From positions 4,836 through 68,835 of the forward strand of contig DF237438.1 in the NCBI GenBank assembly GCA_000708835.1: a stretch of 64,000 bases of DNA, given 5' to 3'. The stretch comes from Klebsormidium nitens. Lineage: Eukaryota > Plantae > Klebsormidiophyceae. The notes beneath the pieces were generated by a model. It did no database searches, was not told where the DNA came from, and saw only the letters and a program-made list of their open reading frames with translations. Of this stretch, positions 38,650-53,191 are shown piece after piece (the stretch's first letter is position 1; each line of letters begins with the position of its first letter). Both the position numbers and the translations under genes were made by a program.

Positions 38650-40796
38650 TTAACCTAGAGGTAGCAGGCCCTCCTCAATCAACCTGGTCAACTCTTCCGA
38701 AAATCTGCAGCGAGACCCACAAGTAGAATGAAATCTAATATGCAGCAAAGATATCAAACACTGATTTGGCATGCTTTGCGCTAAATCCGCTAAGGTAACT
38801 ACCAGTTCTGAGGGAGACAGTTTACGCAGGAGATAACTTCGGATATGCAAAGACCGCGGCTGGCTGCTGAAGCATGTGAAAAGCCCTGATACTTTTCAGT
38901 CGGCCTGTAGATACCAGGTGAGGCTTTGAGGGGTGGTGCGTACCTGCAGAGGGGGAAGCCCATCACCGTGAAATAGTCCCCCTGCAGCCGGCGCACCAGG
39001 CAGCCCCCCAGGCTCTGGATGCCGTACGCGCCCGCCTGCAGTCACGGGAGACCCCACATAACACGAAAGTACTTTTTAAAAGTAATGTCGATACTGCCCA
39101 AACAAGAATGTCAACGTCTCAACAACCAAGCGGCTGTGCTTATAGCAACAAAGTACTACAACTTGGCGGCCAGGTTGTTGCCACCACATCACTCCTGTTT
39201 TAAGGAGGGAATGTAAGTGACGCACTGGCATGAAAGTGTGATTGGTTCCACTTTGCTCGGCGCTCGCACCTTGTCGAGGGAATCCCCCGTTGCGACGTAT
39301 GCGTCGATGGTGGCCTCCTGCAGCGGGGCAAACTCGACCTGGGTGGTCTCAGAGAAGGTGCGTACCAGGGGGCCAGAACCACCTGCTGGGTCTGAGGGAG
39401 AAAAAGAAACATGATGTCAGAGGGCCACACACCACCTTACAGACAGGTGCTTAGAGGAGCTCTTGACTGCTGCATTGATGAGACTATAGCGCACGCATTG
39501 GATTGGTGGTGATACAGCCGGTGTGAGATGCAACAGCTCTGACGTGATTGGGGATTGTTGATCTGGTTTGAAACACTGTGTAGTGATTTTTGGGGGAGCT
39601 TAGTAAGCTACAGTCAGTGCCCGGCGCAACAAATGAAGACGGCTCACCTTGCACTTTGGGCAGAAGAAGCACCACCCCCGTATGCACCGAGTGCCACTCG
39701 CCTGCAAGGGAGCGAACACCAATTAGAACAGACGACTCACACCTGCAATGCACGCTTCTCCAGGCCAATGCTTTTAGAGCAAGTGAACGCTCCTTGCCAG
39801 CGTTCATCGATTCAAAGGTTGTCCTTTCTTACAGGCGGTCAAGACCGGGGGAACTGGTCATAAAATGTTGCCCGTGTTAGAATTGCACTCTTCTGCCCCT
39901 GTGCTGCTTAGAAGGCTCACCGCTGAGGCGCGTGAGGAACTCCTTTGCCTGGGCTGCGTCACGGGGCTTCTCCAAAATCACCCCACCGTGCTCTACCACA
40001 GTGTCCGCGCCAATCACCAAGTCCGGCTGCGCACCACCCTGCACAACACAACTAAGATGAGCATCCCGTGCGGTTACATTGAGAGTACGAGGCTCACAGA
40101 ACCACCAGCAAAAGAATCTTTTAGAGCATTGTCTAAGAAGATAGTGATTTGGGTTTTCTGGGCCTGCTGCCAAGGAACAATGGCAAAAACCAAATTGTAG
40201 GCCTTGTACGAATGCGTACGAGAAAATTGGACGACTTGCAGTCTTACCTCTGAGGCGCACCTGAGCGCCACCTCAATTGCCTTGTGGGTGGCAGTCTCGA
40301 TGGCGTACAGCGCCGCAGTTTTGAAGCTGCTCTTGTCCAATTGCTCCTCAAAAGTGGACGCGATGCACTGGATGGTAAGGCCCTGCATAAGAACAGTAGG
40401 CTGTCTCAGACTAATTTGCAGCATGGCTTTGACAAACCCTGTCAGTTCTCAATTCCAATATGGCATTGAGTTTCAGGCGCCATGCCTGTGCAGAAGGCTT
40501 TGCTGAATTCAGTAGTCTGCGCCAAAAATTGACTGTGAGTCAACAGGACGGCAATGCAATGCTGGCATTATCAAGCATTGAATCTAAGCAAATCCGAACA
40601 TCTTATCCACATGGCTCCAGAGAGTTTCCCTACATTTGACAGCAATGCTCCACTAACCATCACGACACACGCAAGAATCAGAGGTGGTTGAAAGGCAGCC
40701 CACCAGTCCCTGCAGCAGCTCTTTCCTACGCGGGCTTTGTGACCCCAAGATGATGCGCTTCTGGGAATTGAGCTTGGCAATGTGTTGGAGCACCAT
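38650..40796 (-). CDS. Maf-family nucleoside triphosphate pyrophosphatase (YhdE/ASMTL-Maf type)
   Basis: IILGSQSPRRKELL; STFEEQLDK; ATHKAIEV; DLVIGADTVV...ILEKP..A..AKEFLTRLSG; HSVHTGV; YVATGDSLDK|AGAYGIQ...VRRLQGDYFTVMGFPL. Confidence 0.95.
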
Positions 40797-41242
40797 GCTA
40801 GGTCCGGACAGGTGCGGCGGGCCGCCCTCTTCTTCTCCCTTGCCTTGGCCCTTCACTGTCAGCTTCACTAAAATTTTGTGTCGCAGGCTGTGGTAGAAAA
40901 TGTTGACAACTTAGGAACTCGTCTATATGGCATGGGCCAAACGGTGTGTAGCCACATGCCGCCGTATTGTTGACGAGCGCCTGCCGGTTTTCGAGTTAGA
41001 CCGCCTTTTGTGCCCTGAAGAGGTGGCGTTTTGACAATCTTAGCGGTAACGCTATCATTCTGAAGAAAGAATCGATTTCTTCTTATACATGCACATTCTG
41101 CCAATATATGATCCAATCGGAACAAGCTAGAACCAGGTATTACTATTATGAGATTGACAAATTGTGCTGTTGATCAAGAGTATGACATGAGGCGTGCAGG
41201 ACACTAGGCTGCATCCCTCGCGCCAAAGATTCTCATGGGACG

Positions 41243-44148
41243 ATGGGGAACTCACATCGGTCTCCTCCGAAGGAGGATTGGGTTTTTGAAGAAGATGACC
41301 TGGTGGGTGACCTTACTCGGGGGCACGGCGCTGACCTGTTTGCCCCACGAAGCTCGGACGCGTCCTCACTCCACATGGGGGCTGTAAAAGCAGGCCAGGA
41401 AGGCGCATCTGACAGCTGTGGAACCCCGGGGCTGCAGAGGGAGGGGCAACTAGACGAGTGCGACGCTTCTTGCCCCAAAGACCAGCTGGAAAAAGTGAGC
41501 GTCGAGGATGAAAGGAAGATGGGAGGGGAGCAGGCTTCTACTTCAGGACGGGACAATGCGTTTGCAGCTGCAGCAGACGTTTTGCTGAGGGGGGAGTGTG
41601 TTGTTGCTTTTACTGGAGCGGGGATTTCAGTCGAATCAGGTAAGAGGCTTTTGCTTGAGAAAGCGTTGCGAAACATTTTGCAATGGGGAACGTCGTTATC
41701 ACTTCCGCCCAGCTTGGCCCCAAAAGCACAGTCGCGATGTGCCTCGTTTGTGAATTATAGCGCGAAGCAGGTGGAGCTGGTGCTGCATAGTTCGGCAGGT
41801 TGATGTAACATGGGGGACGAAAGTCTCTGACTGATACCAGAAGAAGTTGCTCCGAAATCTGTTCTGATGTTCCATCCTCCAACACTGGCAGCTTCTATGC
41901 TTTCTTGCTGACTATGCCTTCTCTGGAGGGAACTTCCAATTGGATTTTTTACTTAGTCACACTTCTAATGTCACGTCTAAGTTCAGCGCTTTGTCGCGTC
42001 CAGGTATCCCAGACTTCCGGAGCCCAAGCGGGTTGTGGGCAAGGTTCGATCCGGGTCTTTATTGCAGTTATCCAGCTTTCATTGAGAGGTGATGGTCGCA
42101 GAAGCCCCACAGACCCAAAAATGGCTTGGTGGCAGACATCTTCAATTCTAAGCTGGCAAGTGCGGAGAGTTTCGAGAACCATGGTGATTGCGTGCACTGG
42201 ATTGAGAAACGGCACGTTTCAAAGCACTAGACATCTGCTTGAAGATGACGAAACAGACCACCACATCCACCCTCGCTCTTGAAATTGTTGTAATCCCAGT
42301 GAACAGTGAAGGGAAGGAGTGTGTGAAGTTCATGTTGCAATGATTGTTGAACGACCTTGTCGGGGTGTCTGAGAAACACTTTCTGCATGGTCACAGTAGT
42401 TCCTGGGAAGTTCCACAGGCCACGTTGAGTGTTTGTTTCGCTGTAGTGAGATGCCTCTGCGCTATCCGTAGGCCAGAGTTGTTTTGGACGATGGCGCTCG
42501 AGATGCAGTGGTTGACGGGCGATGCGGAGCCCAACCGCGGGCACGCAGCCCTGGTCCAGCTGGAGCAGCTGGCGGGGCTCCGCTGCGTGGTCACACAAAA
42601 CGTGGATGGCCTGCACCAGGTAAACGGGAGCAATCTTTAACATTCTTTCAAAAGAGGAGCCGAATCAGTGAAAGGAAATAAAACATTGGTCCAAAGCACC
42701 AAGAGACCAGTGGTCAAGAGTATCTGCTTTGAAAGTATGGCAATGGCCAAAAGGGAGGAGCCTCCTGACAGTTGCTAGGCTTCATAGCTGCCCTTGCGTT
42801 CTGTTACGGGTCTGGCGATTCCCGGGAGGATTGTCCTTCATGTCCCTGCCATATTCGAAACATCCTCGACAATTGTCTTTTACAATGAGATCCATTCCAG
42901 TCAATTGTGCCGACCTAAGGTTTGGGTCATCCGTTCTTCTGATTATCCAGAAACTTTGCAGGAACTTCCAATCGGATAAGCCCGTGTCACAGCGCGCCCT
43001 TGCCTTGCGTCTTGCAATCCTGGCTGAGCTCCCCTCCCCCCGCCGCCTGGTGCAGCGCGCCGGCTCCGCTGCGGTCCACGAGCTGCACGGCACAGTGTGC
43101 ACCATGACTTGTGTGGCGTGCAAGAAGAAGCGCTCCGTCTGGCGGGAGATGGAACGGCTCCGCTCGCTGAATAAAAAGCAGGTATGGGGCGGCATTGCGC
43201 ACTCTGCTTTTGGGGGAACCTTCGGATAAAAGTCCACAACAAGGGCGGCCTCGATCCTAACTCTTAGGCTGGCCAGGAAACCCACGTGTGTGAAGGCATT
43301 GAATGTTGCGCTTTTGGCTGTCGATGCTGGTTAACGAGGCACCCTGCGATTACTCTCCTTCTGTTTGTGCATGGCCATTCGCACATGAGCCCAAACTCTC
43401 GCCAGAGGGCAGCATCAAGGCGCACTTCGCTTTCCGCTTTTTTTTCCAAGGATCGGTCCTGACAGTTACGTTCTTCTGCGCAGCTCGAGCCTGCCGACGT
43501 GCCGCGCTGCCATCGCTGTGCCGGCGCCATGAAGATGGACGTGGTCTTGTTCGGTGAGGCGCTGCAGTACGCGGTGCTGCAGGAGGCCATGCGGGCCGCC
43601 ACCGCAGCTGACGTCATCCTGGTCGTTGGCACCAGCCTCTCGGTGAGTGCACATAGTAGTGCTGACGTGTACGCGTAGCTATTGCGGGCTTGACGGTATG
43701 GCATGGTTGCGCCCAAAAATGTGATCCTTCTGAGCCGTTTGGCTCGATATTGAGTAACAATGTTACTTTCAGAAAGTTGGAAGCTGTTGTCTCTTGGAGC
43801 GCCATGTGCTGATGATTGGTAACACTCCGATTATTTTTGAAGCATCGTTTCAGGTCCTCTCATTGTTCTCAGGTCGCTCCCGCAAACAGCCTGGTGCAGC
43901 AGTGCAAGGCGCGCGGTGGCCAAGTCATCGTGTGCAATCTAGACGACTCGGGGCAAGAATACGCGGACATTGTTTTGCAAGGGAATGCCTCAGACACGCT
44001 CGAAAGACTGGTAGCGGCTTGCACCCAGAAGCTCGATGAAAAGCGACTGGGATTGGAAGCACTCATCAACGAGAATCGGCAGTTGCCCGCTCCAAGTGAA
44101 AGGACGCTTGCGTTGGATCGAGCCCTCTCTGTTGGCAGCCTTCTATGA
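41243..44148 (+). CDS. Sir2-family NAD+-dependent deacylase, prokaryote-like (class U/NpdA-like)
   Basis: VAFTGAGISVESG|IPDFRSPSGLWARFDP; RPELFW; AEPNRGHAALVQLE; VVTQNVDGLHQ|RAGS..VHELHGT; CVAC...CHRC zinc site; DVVLFGEAL; VVGTSLS|VAPANSL; VIVCNLD. Confidence 0.93.
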
Positions 44149-45124
44149 CAATAGTAGAAGCGTGCTGGCTTGCGCGACCAGTTTGATGCATGGTCAAGTG
44201 GGTCTGACGCAACTTTTGATAGCCTTGCCGATGTGGCAGCCTCTAGAAATAGAGGGACTTCGCTAGAGGGAACACTTGATTCCTACTACGTCGTTTTTTT
44301 TACTGATCCAACTTCCTTGGTGTGAACCACTGGAAGCCGCAGTACATGTGAGTCACTTCAAGCACCCATATGTTGGCTGCAATCCACTGAGCACGCGTAC
44401 TTAGGCATTGACGGTCCGTGCTTGATCGGAATCTAGATGGTCCTGCGGCCCGGCCGTGAGGCACTGCATATGTGTTTCAAAATCAAGTTCTAGCTGACAT
44501 CTACAAACCGTGGGCCCGCACCTAGCTCTAGCTAGCTTGCATCAATAATGAAGGATCGCGATGAGTGCCCGCCCCGCGTGCACCGTCATGCATGGGAGTC
44601 GATCGATTTGCAATTGCAGTCGCGGATTGTCTGGACGTATGCAATGATCGTTGCAAAGTATCACGGCATGGAATGGTCCGACTATAGAGCTGCTGCATGA
44701 TTGAAGTATACCAGATCTGACATCTAATGGTACGTGACTGCATGAAAGCTATTCGCTTACTAACACATCCGACAGACTGAGTTCGTCTATACTGTCATGC
44801 TGGCATGCACAGCTTAGGCTGCCGCAGCCAGGGAATTCCACCGACATAAATTACTCCTGTAACGATGCGATCAGCTGCACGTCCGGTGAATCTTAGATGG
44901 TGCACGCATGTATAAGTGCATATCCATTCCAGAATGGGCCGCATGTGAACGGATGTCCAAAAATGTCAGTAGTAGCAGGCCAAGCCACTGATTGTGAATG
45001 GCTGCCGTTCCCTGCAGTGGTTGCCAAGAAGTGTCTGCATGTCACACTGGGCATGACAACCCCTCTGGCCCATTGTTTTGCACGTTCCAGGAGTACCTTT
45101 GAACAGGTGCGTCAATCACGTCTT

Positions 45125-48100
45125 TCAACTGTCCACCTTGGAGGGGATGGTTTCTGCGTGCAGTTTCACTGTGGGGGCTATCAGGTCATCTTTGCTTTGA
45201 ATAAGCCGCAACTCAAGCTGGCCTCGCTTCGTTCCAGAAGGAATGCCAGCTAGAGCGTAGTCTGCGATGGTCCTTTGAATGACAGCCTGCGCGTGGTCAA
45301 GTGAAAATGTTAATGTGGTCGTCATGAATTTGAAAAGTGGGTCATGTATCAAGGAGGAACAAGGCTCCTGTGTCAAGGCCGTTGAATCAGTGTGGAAAAG
45401 GCATGGTGTTTTCCAACAGGAAGCATGCCAGTAGCTCGTCAACATTTTCTGCGGGCGTAAGCAATGAGACTGGTTTCAATGCATGCAATCCCCAGCGTTA
45501 AAGACAAGTTGGCGAAGTAAACCGGTCAGTCGCTTTTAGCTGTTACAGCTGCCTTAGCTCATCAACCACAAACAGACCACAGATTATGGTCCAGGTTTCT
45601 CGAATGGTTCCAACTAAAGTTAGAAAGAAAGCCCGCCGTTTTCTTGAGATTCAAAAAAGCAAACGGGATCAACCCGATCGAGAATGAAGGGGCCATTAGG
45701 AGACTGAGCTCGGTTAGCAAAACAAGAGTAGACTACTCAGAATCGTCAGTCGTAAATCGACCGGCCTCACATGGAGGTTGAAATTGCTGAAGAGAGGATT
45801 TACTGAAGTAGCGAATGCTCGTAAAAAGACATCGCCAGGTTGAGAAAGACACTGAGAGCTTGACGCATACCTGGAGACTCGCAACCGCTAGCTCAGTTGC
45901 TCTTGCCAGGTCATCCGGATTTTCCTGCAGCGTGAACATGCCAAATGAGTCGCGAACATTCGTGGCTGGCAAATCACATATGATTAGGACTTGCAGCAAC
46001 CTCCTCGTTCTGTTTTGATCAACCATCAGCAAATAGCCAGTATCAAACGTGGAGTCGCCACTTGTTTAATGGCTTGCTTCGTCATGTTATTCTTGCAGCG
46101 ACTAAAAGTAAAATAGGAAGTGTCCATATCATTCAGACCATGGAGAAGCAGTCCTCACGTTTGCGCAGGCCAGAATGAGCGCGGTCATTAGATCCCCAGT
46201 GCCCTGCAACAGAAGCGCTCGATGTTCTGAACACCGATGCAGCAGAGCCTCGTGAGAGGAGCGGGAGAACTGCGTGGGCTGCATGAATTCCAGTATCCCT
46301 CAGGTGCGAGTGGTAATGTTGACCACGCGGAAGCCATCCTCTTGACCCTTTATGACAAGACGACCAACACGTTTGAGCATGAGCGCACGGACGAATGCAC
46401 AATCTCACTTCGATTCAATAATGCTCACCGTAAACGAGTGTGGCAGCTTGGGGACCACTATCCGGAATTGCAAGGCTTTGAATTTCTGCAACGAGAGCGT
46501 TCAGTCTTTCGGGTGCTTGATACTCAAATTGAGTCTACAACAGCGGCTCAGTCGCCTCTCCTCGTGCATTGCACCTACATACATGCATCAATGAAGAGCT
46601 GCAGAGACCTAATGACAATTTTGCGAGGAAAGACGAAACAAGCAGCAAATCTTGTGACAATAACAAGAGAAGTGAGTAGCCACTGCGTAATGCCCCACAC
46701 TTACCCCATGAGCGGCTTGGCTTCCGATGATCAGAATCTCACCATTCAAATGTACGCTAGTAATCACAACCTGCGCAGTCACCTTCACAAACTTAGAAGT
46801 GACCGTCTGTGACGGGACGTGACCAACCATCGAAACAACATCTGAAACGCTAAACGAGGGATCTTTGCTGAGCGTACTCGCGAGAGTTCGAACAACGGAT
46901 GCGTGCAATTGGGGATAGTGGCATTTCGCAGATTAAGAGTCGGCGAAGGTCGCACCCACCCGCTGAGGACCTCTGCTGTGTAACACCTCGCAAGCACGGA
47001 AGGCGTCCTTTTCGCTAGCTATGCTGCAGTAACCAAACAAACTTGTTACACATGAAAATATACTCGCACTGATTGTCCTCGTTGTTTGCATAAGTGAAGC
47101 ACGTTGGACCAACTTCAACGGGGATCCGCTGCCGTAAGAGTTGCCAGTGAAGACATCGTGTAGAGAACTCGTCCGACATACCTGAATTGTACCAGTTGCT
47201 CAGCTTCGAACTGGTTCGGTGTGAGGATGTTGGCTTGCGGTACAACCTGCAATCCAAGACAGGAAAGTTTTGACTTCGACCCAAACAACATCCAGAGGAG
47301 ATTGTCTATGATGATAACTGCACTTGATGGCCATTGAAGCCAGACTAATCCGCAATCCAAAGGGCTGGGCGGACGTCTTATCTGGCAACTTAAAAGGTGC
47401 GAAGCAGCTACTTCCCTGGCCGCAGGATTCAAAAGATGCATGGTATTGTTAGGCAGGCCCACCTTTTCTCGATACACGGGCACCAGTTCTGGTTTCACAT
47501 AGAGCGCTCCATTGTCCCCCATGACTGGATCGCAAACTGCATATATACGAGAAGCTTCTAGCCTTCATTCCGAACATCCTTCGTGGCCAGAAAAGATGGA
47601 CAGGCTCATTCGCTTCATGTAGGTCAAACCTATCTCGACAACCAGGGCTTGCCGGATCCCGGTGGTCACAAGCCGTTGCCCCAACTCGTTGGCCACCTTT
47701 GAAAGCGCTTTAGATACTCCGTACTTCCATACCCTACTGTGCAAGGAGGCCTTTGCGATAAGCAGATAACGAAGAGCCACGGGTATGTCTGGAGACAGAA
47801 AGAAGCCAATCATACACTCAGCCCATTGTGGGAGCCTGAATTTGCCTCTTAGACAGGCAACTCAAAAGGAAAATCCGGTATGCATCAGTCCGACTCACCA
47901 TAGATAAGCTTGGGATTTGAAGTCCGGACCTTCTCGATGACCCGGAGAACAGTGTCCAGGAAGGATAGAGAGCCAATGTAACCTGCAGGAACAAGGATCG
48001 CTGGTCTCCAGCCCGAGAAAACATCACTCGATGACCGAAAAATCGAACAGGCAATCTCAGCATGCACCGCGCACAGATGTGAAGACTGATACTAATCAAA

Positions 48101-49036
48101 ATCTTAGTCAGGCTTGCCCTTTGGAACCTAGCCTGCTTCCAATCAACTTGCCTGTGACGAGATGTGTGTATTGAAGAAGGTCATTTTCTTCAAGGCCCTC
48201 AATCAAAGTCCACAGCTGGTCGCCGTTCAACACGTCACCCTTGAAAGTAGGATAGCCTGCAGCCAGGACACAGTTACCAATCTAGCAATGAACAACAATA
48301 GATTACACAGACTGCCTTGGTTGTGATCGATGATCGGAGCTTGAAGCTTCTATTCAAGACCTCAATGTCAGTATGCCCTGACAACGCCGGATAAAGCTTG
48401 AGGATGAAAATGGTCTGGAACGAAGCGCGGCAGTGAGCACAGCAGCAACCGAAAAGAAACCTACATAGTCAGGATGTCTTGCCTGTATGGTTTGAGAATT
48501 GAACCGAGTTGATTGGATCTACATCAAAGCCATGGAGCTGAAGTGGAAAGACGGCACACTTGTTCCCCACATACCCCTGCAACGATGTCAAACAAAGCCC
48601 CTCAGTGGAGTTCCAATCTAGAAACCTGATGAAACCGAAAAAGCTGCTATGAAGTTCATCATGAACATTTACAAACAACAAAGTGCAAGCTTTAAAGCTG
48701 ACTGCATGAATTTGGTTCTGCAGCTTTTTCATCTTTGAAATCCCACTTTAGGCTGGCCAAGCGATGAGCCTACTCAACACCAGATGGACAGACATTCTTC
48801 GAACCGCGACTTGTGGAATCAGACATCGGAGGCCTGCTACTTTTCTGCTTGGCATGATTGCGCATGGATGTTTAAAACGATTGAAAAGGCACTGCTACAG
48901 TTGACTCGACTGAGTCAAACCCATAATGAATCAGCAGCTCATCTGGGTGTGGCTGGCGCCTCACACTGACGGTGTGCGATTGGATACTCAGCACTCTTCC
49001 ACCACCCGGCAGGACAGCTGCCAATGGAGGTGGCAT
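45125..49036 (-). CDS. PDXK: Pyridoxal kinase (PdxK/SOS4 type)
   Basis: [10 protein letters not shown]; [32 protein letters not shown]; [14 protein letters not shown]; GYIGSLSFL; [12 protein letters not shown]; [11 protein letters not shown]; VVITS; FT|[11 protein letters not shown]; [11 protein letters not shown]. Confidence 0.95.
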
Positions 49037-49976
49037 AGTACGCCCCCCAGAGAGTGCTGAACCGGTGCGCTTCCTGACTGGCACGAAGATGGTCGGAGGT
49101 TGACAAAATGGTCTGTTCTTATTGAAAAGTTGGGAATGTGGAGCTTGACTCTGAAAATGGAGCCCCCTCAGACTGGCCCGGATATCGCCAACGCAGTGAG
49201 AATGTGCAGTCGTGAAGCTGCTACTGGTCACAGGGTTTGAAGGTATGGATGAGGGTAGTGGTGTCACAGATGATATTCTCTTGCAGATTAAACTCAGTGA
49301 TGGATTCAAGGACACTTTACACCTCACGTTCAATATCATGCCGGCATTGCTCCGGTGCAAAGCTTTGTAAGCTTAGCGAGCTTAGCACGTATCTCACACG
49401 TCAATCATCTACCTTTCAGCCGGCAAGCCTCCGCAGACAATGCGCTGAAATCCTCTTGCGCTTCCTCCGCTGCGGGATCACAGCAAGCGGAAAAGATCAC
49501 TTGAGCTGCTTGAACGAACATTCAAAACTGTGCCGCAAGGCAGCAGAAGTAGCGGGCAAGGCAACTTGGAAACCAAGCAGAAAGTCCCATGCAGGAGCTT
49601 GTCTTGCACCCGGAGCTGTGAGCTTTCTTCTAGATATATTTAGGATATATTGGAACATATTCATGAGTTCTTGAAAGGAACATATCCGATCATCCAATCC
49701 GTCCGTCAACCACCTCGACTCCGGTTCCAGATCTTTCCAAAGTGAATTTTAAATACTGGTGATAATCGACAAGAAGATGACCCCATAAGATGATGCTGCA
49801 TCCAGCTGCATCCTTGTATTTGCCAGGCGGCAGCAGCAGAATTTTACCCTGGCACAAGGAACTTGTCACTGTCATTGTCAACACTGGTTGCCAGTGCATG
49901 GTGGAAAGGCAGACTCTGAAATTGGGCGCCATTTGGAAGCGCGCTTTCTTGAAGTTGGAAGGCACAGTCAAGAAAG

Positions 49977-52900
49977 ATGGACGATCCACTTTCTGCGAGT
50001 GGCTTGCGGCGGCGAGAGGTTGCGGTACCCAATCCTACCTCAGATGCCGATGGCGGGAGCCCATCAGCCAGCCCACGGCGGAGCGGTCGATTCAGTGAGG
50101 TGGTGGAGCAACTAGAGAGGGCGGGAAGTTCAGTCAAGGAGACGCTGGAGAGGGCGCAGGACCAGGCATCAGAAACATGGAAGGCCGCTAAGAAGAGGTA
50201 CCATCTAATGGACTTCCACGAGATGCCAGCTTACCTGCAGGACAACGAGTTCATCCGGCACTACTACCGCGGAGAGATGCCGCTTAAGCATGCGGCACTG
50301 AGCCTGTTCAAAGTGCACAATGAGACGCTCAACATCTGGACGTGAGCAAGCGGACTCTTTAAGATTTCACAGATCTGATGTCACTGGCCCCTGAATTGGC
50401 CTCAATTGCAAGCTGTCATCACCTGTTTTTGTAACATCTTTTTTTGAGCTTCCATTTCAATTGACATTGTGAGATTTGTAAGAAGACTGATGTGGGCTTT
50501 TTGTTTGGTGAAAGGATCAGGTCTTATCTTGCACCTAAGCAAGTAAAATAGACTGGTGCAGGGGGTGTTTGAACTGTTGTGGAATGGTGGTGGCCCAACC
50601 AAGCAGGGTGGGGCAGGCAGGTTACTAATGTATGTGATTATCTGCTTGGAGCTGCAAGGATTGCTATCACCTGAAGCAGACATGGGCCTTTATGAACTAC
50701 TGATCAAGTGATTAGGGGCTTTTTTGCATGTGTTTCTTAGGGGCATACCCTGCCTTTACGCTGTTCCCCAAATGCCTTTTCGAACCGGGCGGCAAATCCC
50801 CCCCCTTCCTTGGCATGGCCCTCCCGCCGCCGCTTGTCCATCTTCTTCTATTCTTTTCTTCTGCAGGCACTTCCTGGGCTTCTTGCTGTTTGTTGCTCTC
50901 ACCATCTACACGTGGCGCACCCTGCCCCTGCCGCGCCCCTCTCTGCCGCACATCCCCTCCTTCGTTGACTTGCTCCACCTCCGGCAGCACTTCCCCACCA
51001 TCAGCCATGCCCTCGAGATGGCAGACCTACCCCACCTTCGTGTGAGTTCATTCGAGTTCGCTTCTCTCTTTGTAACATGTACCTTGTCTGATTCTGGTAT
51101 AGCGTCTGACTCCAGTCCGAAGAATCCTGTCGGCTCTCCCTCATGTCATTCAAAAGATGGTCTAATGACCCCAAAACCAGGCCTTTCGGACACCCTACTT
51201 CACGTCAGGACAAAGAGTCTAGGAGCGAGGCAAGCTTTGCCTTTTCCTTTGAAGTAAGAAAGTGCGTATGAATAGGTCCCTGCTGATGGTATATAACACT
51301 TATTAAAGCTCTAGGTTTGCATATGCATAGAAAGCTCGTGGAAGTTTCCCCGCAGCGGTGTTCTGTTGACGATTGCCAGAGATTGGACGAGCGGAGCTAA
51401 ATACGTCAGGCCTCCAAGACATGAGCTACTTTCAGCCAGTATTTTCAGTCTTGTGGTCGCCTGCTTTTCAGTCAGGCCTTTTTTATAAACGGCCAACTTT
51501 TGCGAAGATTATTTGAAAATGCTTCCGATTGTCGTTTTACAACCGGCATCTACGACTCTGCCGGGTTTGTACGGTTTTGTGTTCATCTACCTCTTTGTTC
51601 TTGAGTGTTGACCTGACTATTCGGAAGAAAGAGGACGTGGACTTCCCAGCCGAAATCGAAGACCCTTCAAGTTCTGGCTATGATCTTTGAGAATGCACGG
51701 TCTGGACTGATTGGGCCCGTCAATCCAAGGGTTTACAGTCCAAGGGGGTCCCAAGGGAGTCCGCCAGAAGTCCCTTTTCCTCTTCCCGTCCGCTCTCGAG
51801 ACAGCCGACGGTAATTGCATTGAAGCAACTCCGTGTCGACTCCCTCAGCCAAACCTTTCTCAGTCCTCAAACGGGGCACCGCTCTGTCTGTGTGCAGTCC
51901 CTGCTGACGACCATGGGCGACGGCGTGTCTGCGACGCTGGAGGACTTTGCAGTGGCAGCGCAGGCGCTGCTGGCGGGCAAGGGCGTGGGCGTGCCGCAGC
52001 TGGTGGTCACGCGGTGGCCCTTCTTCGTCTTCCTCGCGGGCGCCATGACGTGCCTCCTCTCCAGCGCCACCTGCCACCTGCTCGCCTGCCACTCCCACCG
52101 CACCTCCGCCATCATCTGGAGGTGAGCACGCCACTGTTCGCGATTGCTCCCGATTTGCTGGGGCCTGTACAAAGGTACAAAGGAGAGGACCGATTGGAGT
52201 CCCTGCTTTCTAAGATGTCCTTGTCCGTCTCGTTTCGAATGATCGTCATCTTCGTCTGGTACAAAGTATTGATGGACACGAATCTCAGCCAGGTTAGTTT
52301 CTCAAGTAGATTTGCAACGACTTCGGTCGGACGACACCATTTCAATCTAGAGTCGTACCGTTCTGACCATACTCGTCTGCCACCACTGGCGTATATTCCT
52401 CTTAGAGACTCAAGTTCAGCGGAAGGTTCAAGATTGCTGACGCAATCAGGTGCAAGTGCAGAGTATAGCCGCCAGCGTCCTGCGAGCTTTGCCTGATGGA
52501 ACACGCAACCCACTCTGGTCGTTTTTCTCTACAGTCGGTTACAATTGTCTTCAGCTGATGTTCTCTGTCCATCAATTCAGAAGCTGCCTGTATCTTTCTG
52601 GAATTCCTTTTCAAACCTATTTTGCGGTTTGGTTAAGATGTCAGTTTCTGAGATCCGGGGGACTTGCCTTTACGCTTTCAACCCGTTCCTCCTGCGTGCA
52701 GGTTTGACTACTGCGGCATCGCGGTCATGGTGGCCACGTCCTTCTTTCCCCCCGTGTATTACTCTTTCTTGTGCGACCCGCTGTGGCGCTACATGTACCT
52801 CATCGGCATCAGCGTCATTGGGCTGTGCTGCATCGCCGTCAGCCTGATCCCCACCTTCCAGACGGCCAAGTGGCGCACCTTCCGCGCGTCCATGTTTGCG

Positions 52901-53191
52901 GGGATGGGCATGGCGGGCATCATTCCGTGCCTGCACAAGCTGGCAGTCCTGCCGCACGAGAGCGTCGTCTGGAAGACCACGCGCCTGGAGGCGGCCATGG
53001 GGGCACTCTACCTGATCGGGGCGCTCTTCTACTCGACGCGCATCCCGGAGCGGTGGAAGCCGGGAACGTTTGACATCGCGGGGAGCAGCCACCAGATCTT
53101 CCACTTGTTTGTGCTGGCTGCCGCATACCTGCACTACAACACTGGGCTGATCTATCTTGATTGGCGGGACAAGACGGGCTGCCCGCCCTGA
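49977..53191 (+). CDS. Heptahelical transmembrane protein (HHP; PAQR/AdipoR/haemolysin-III family)
   Basis: [17 protein letters not shown]...[14 protein letters not shown]|HFLG; [28 protein letters not shown]; [10 protein letters not shown]; [10 protein letters not shown]; [36 protein letters not shown]. Confidence 0.96.

Noticed and set aside
46237-46812. 191-aa plus-strand ORF inside the pyridoxal kinase gene
   Set aside because: It overlaps PDXK exons ([19 protein letters not shown]; VVITSVHL) in antisense and has no recognisable domain, so it is best explained by chance.
38650-49036. Maf, sirtuin and PDXK (with RNR1 further left) as a nucleotide/cofactor gene cluster or joint HGT
   Set aside because: All are intron-rich genes in mixed orientation. 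Maf and PDXK are widespread in eukaryotes, and nothing in the sequence links them beyond proximity.
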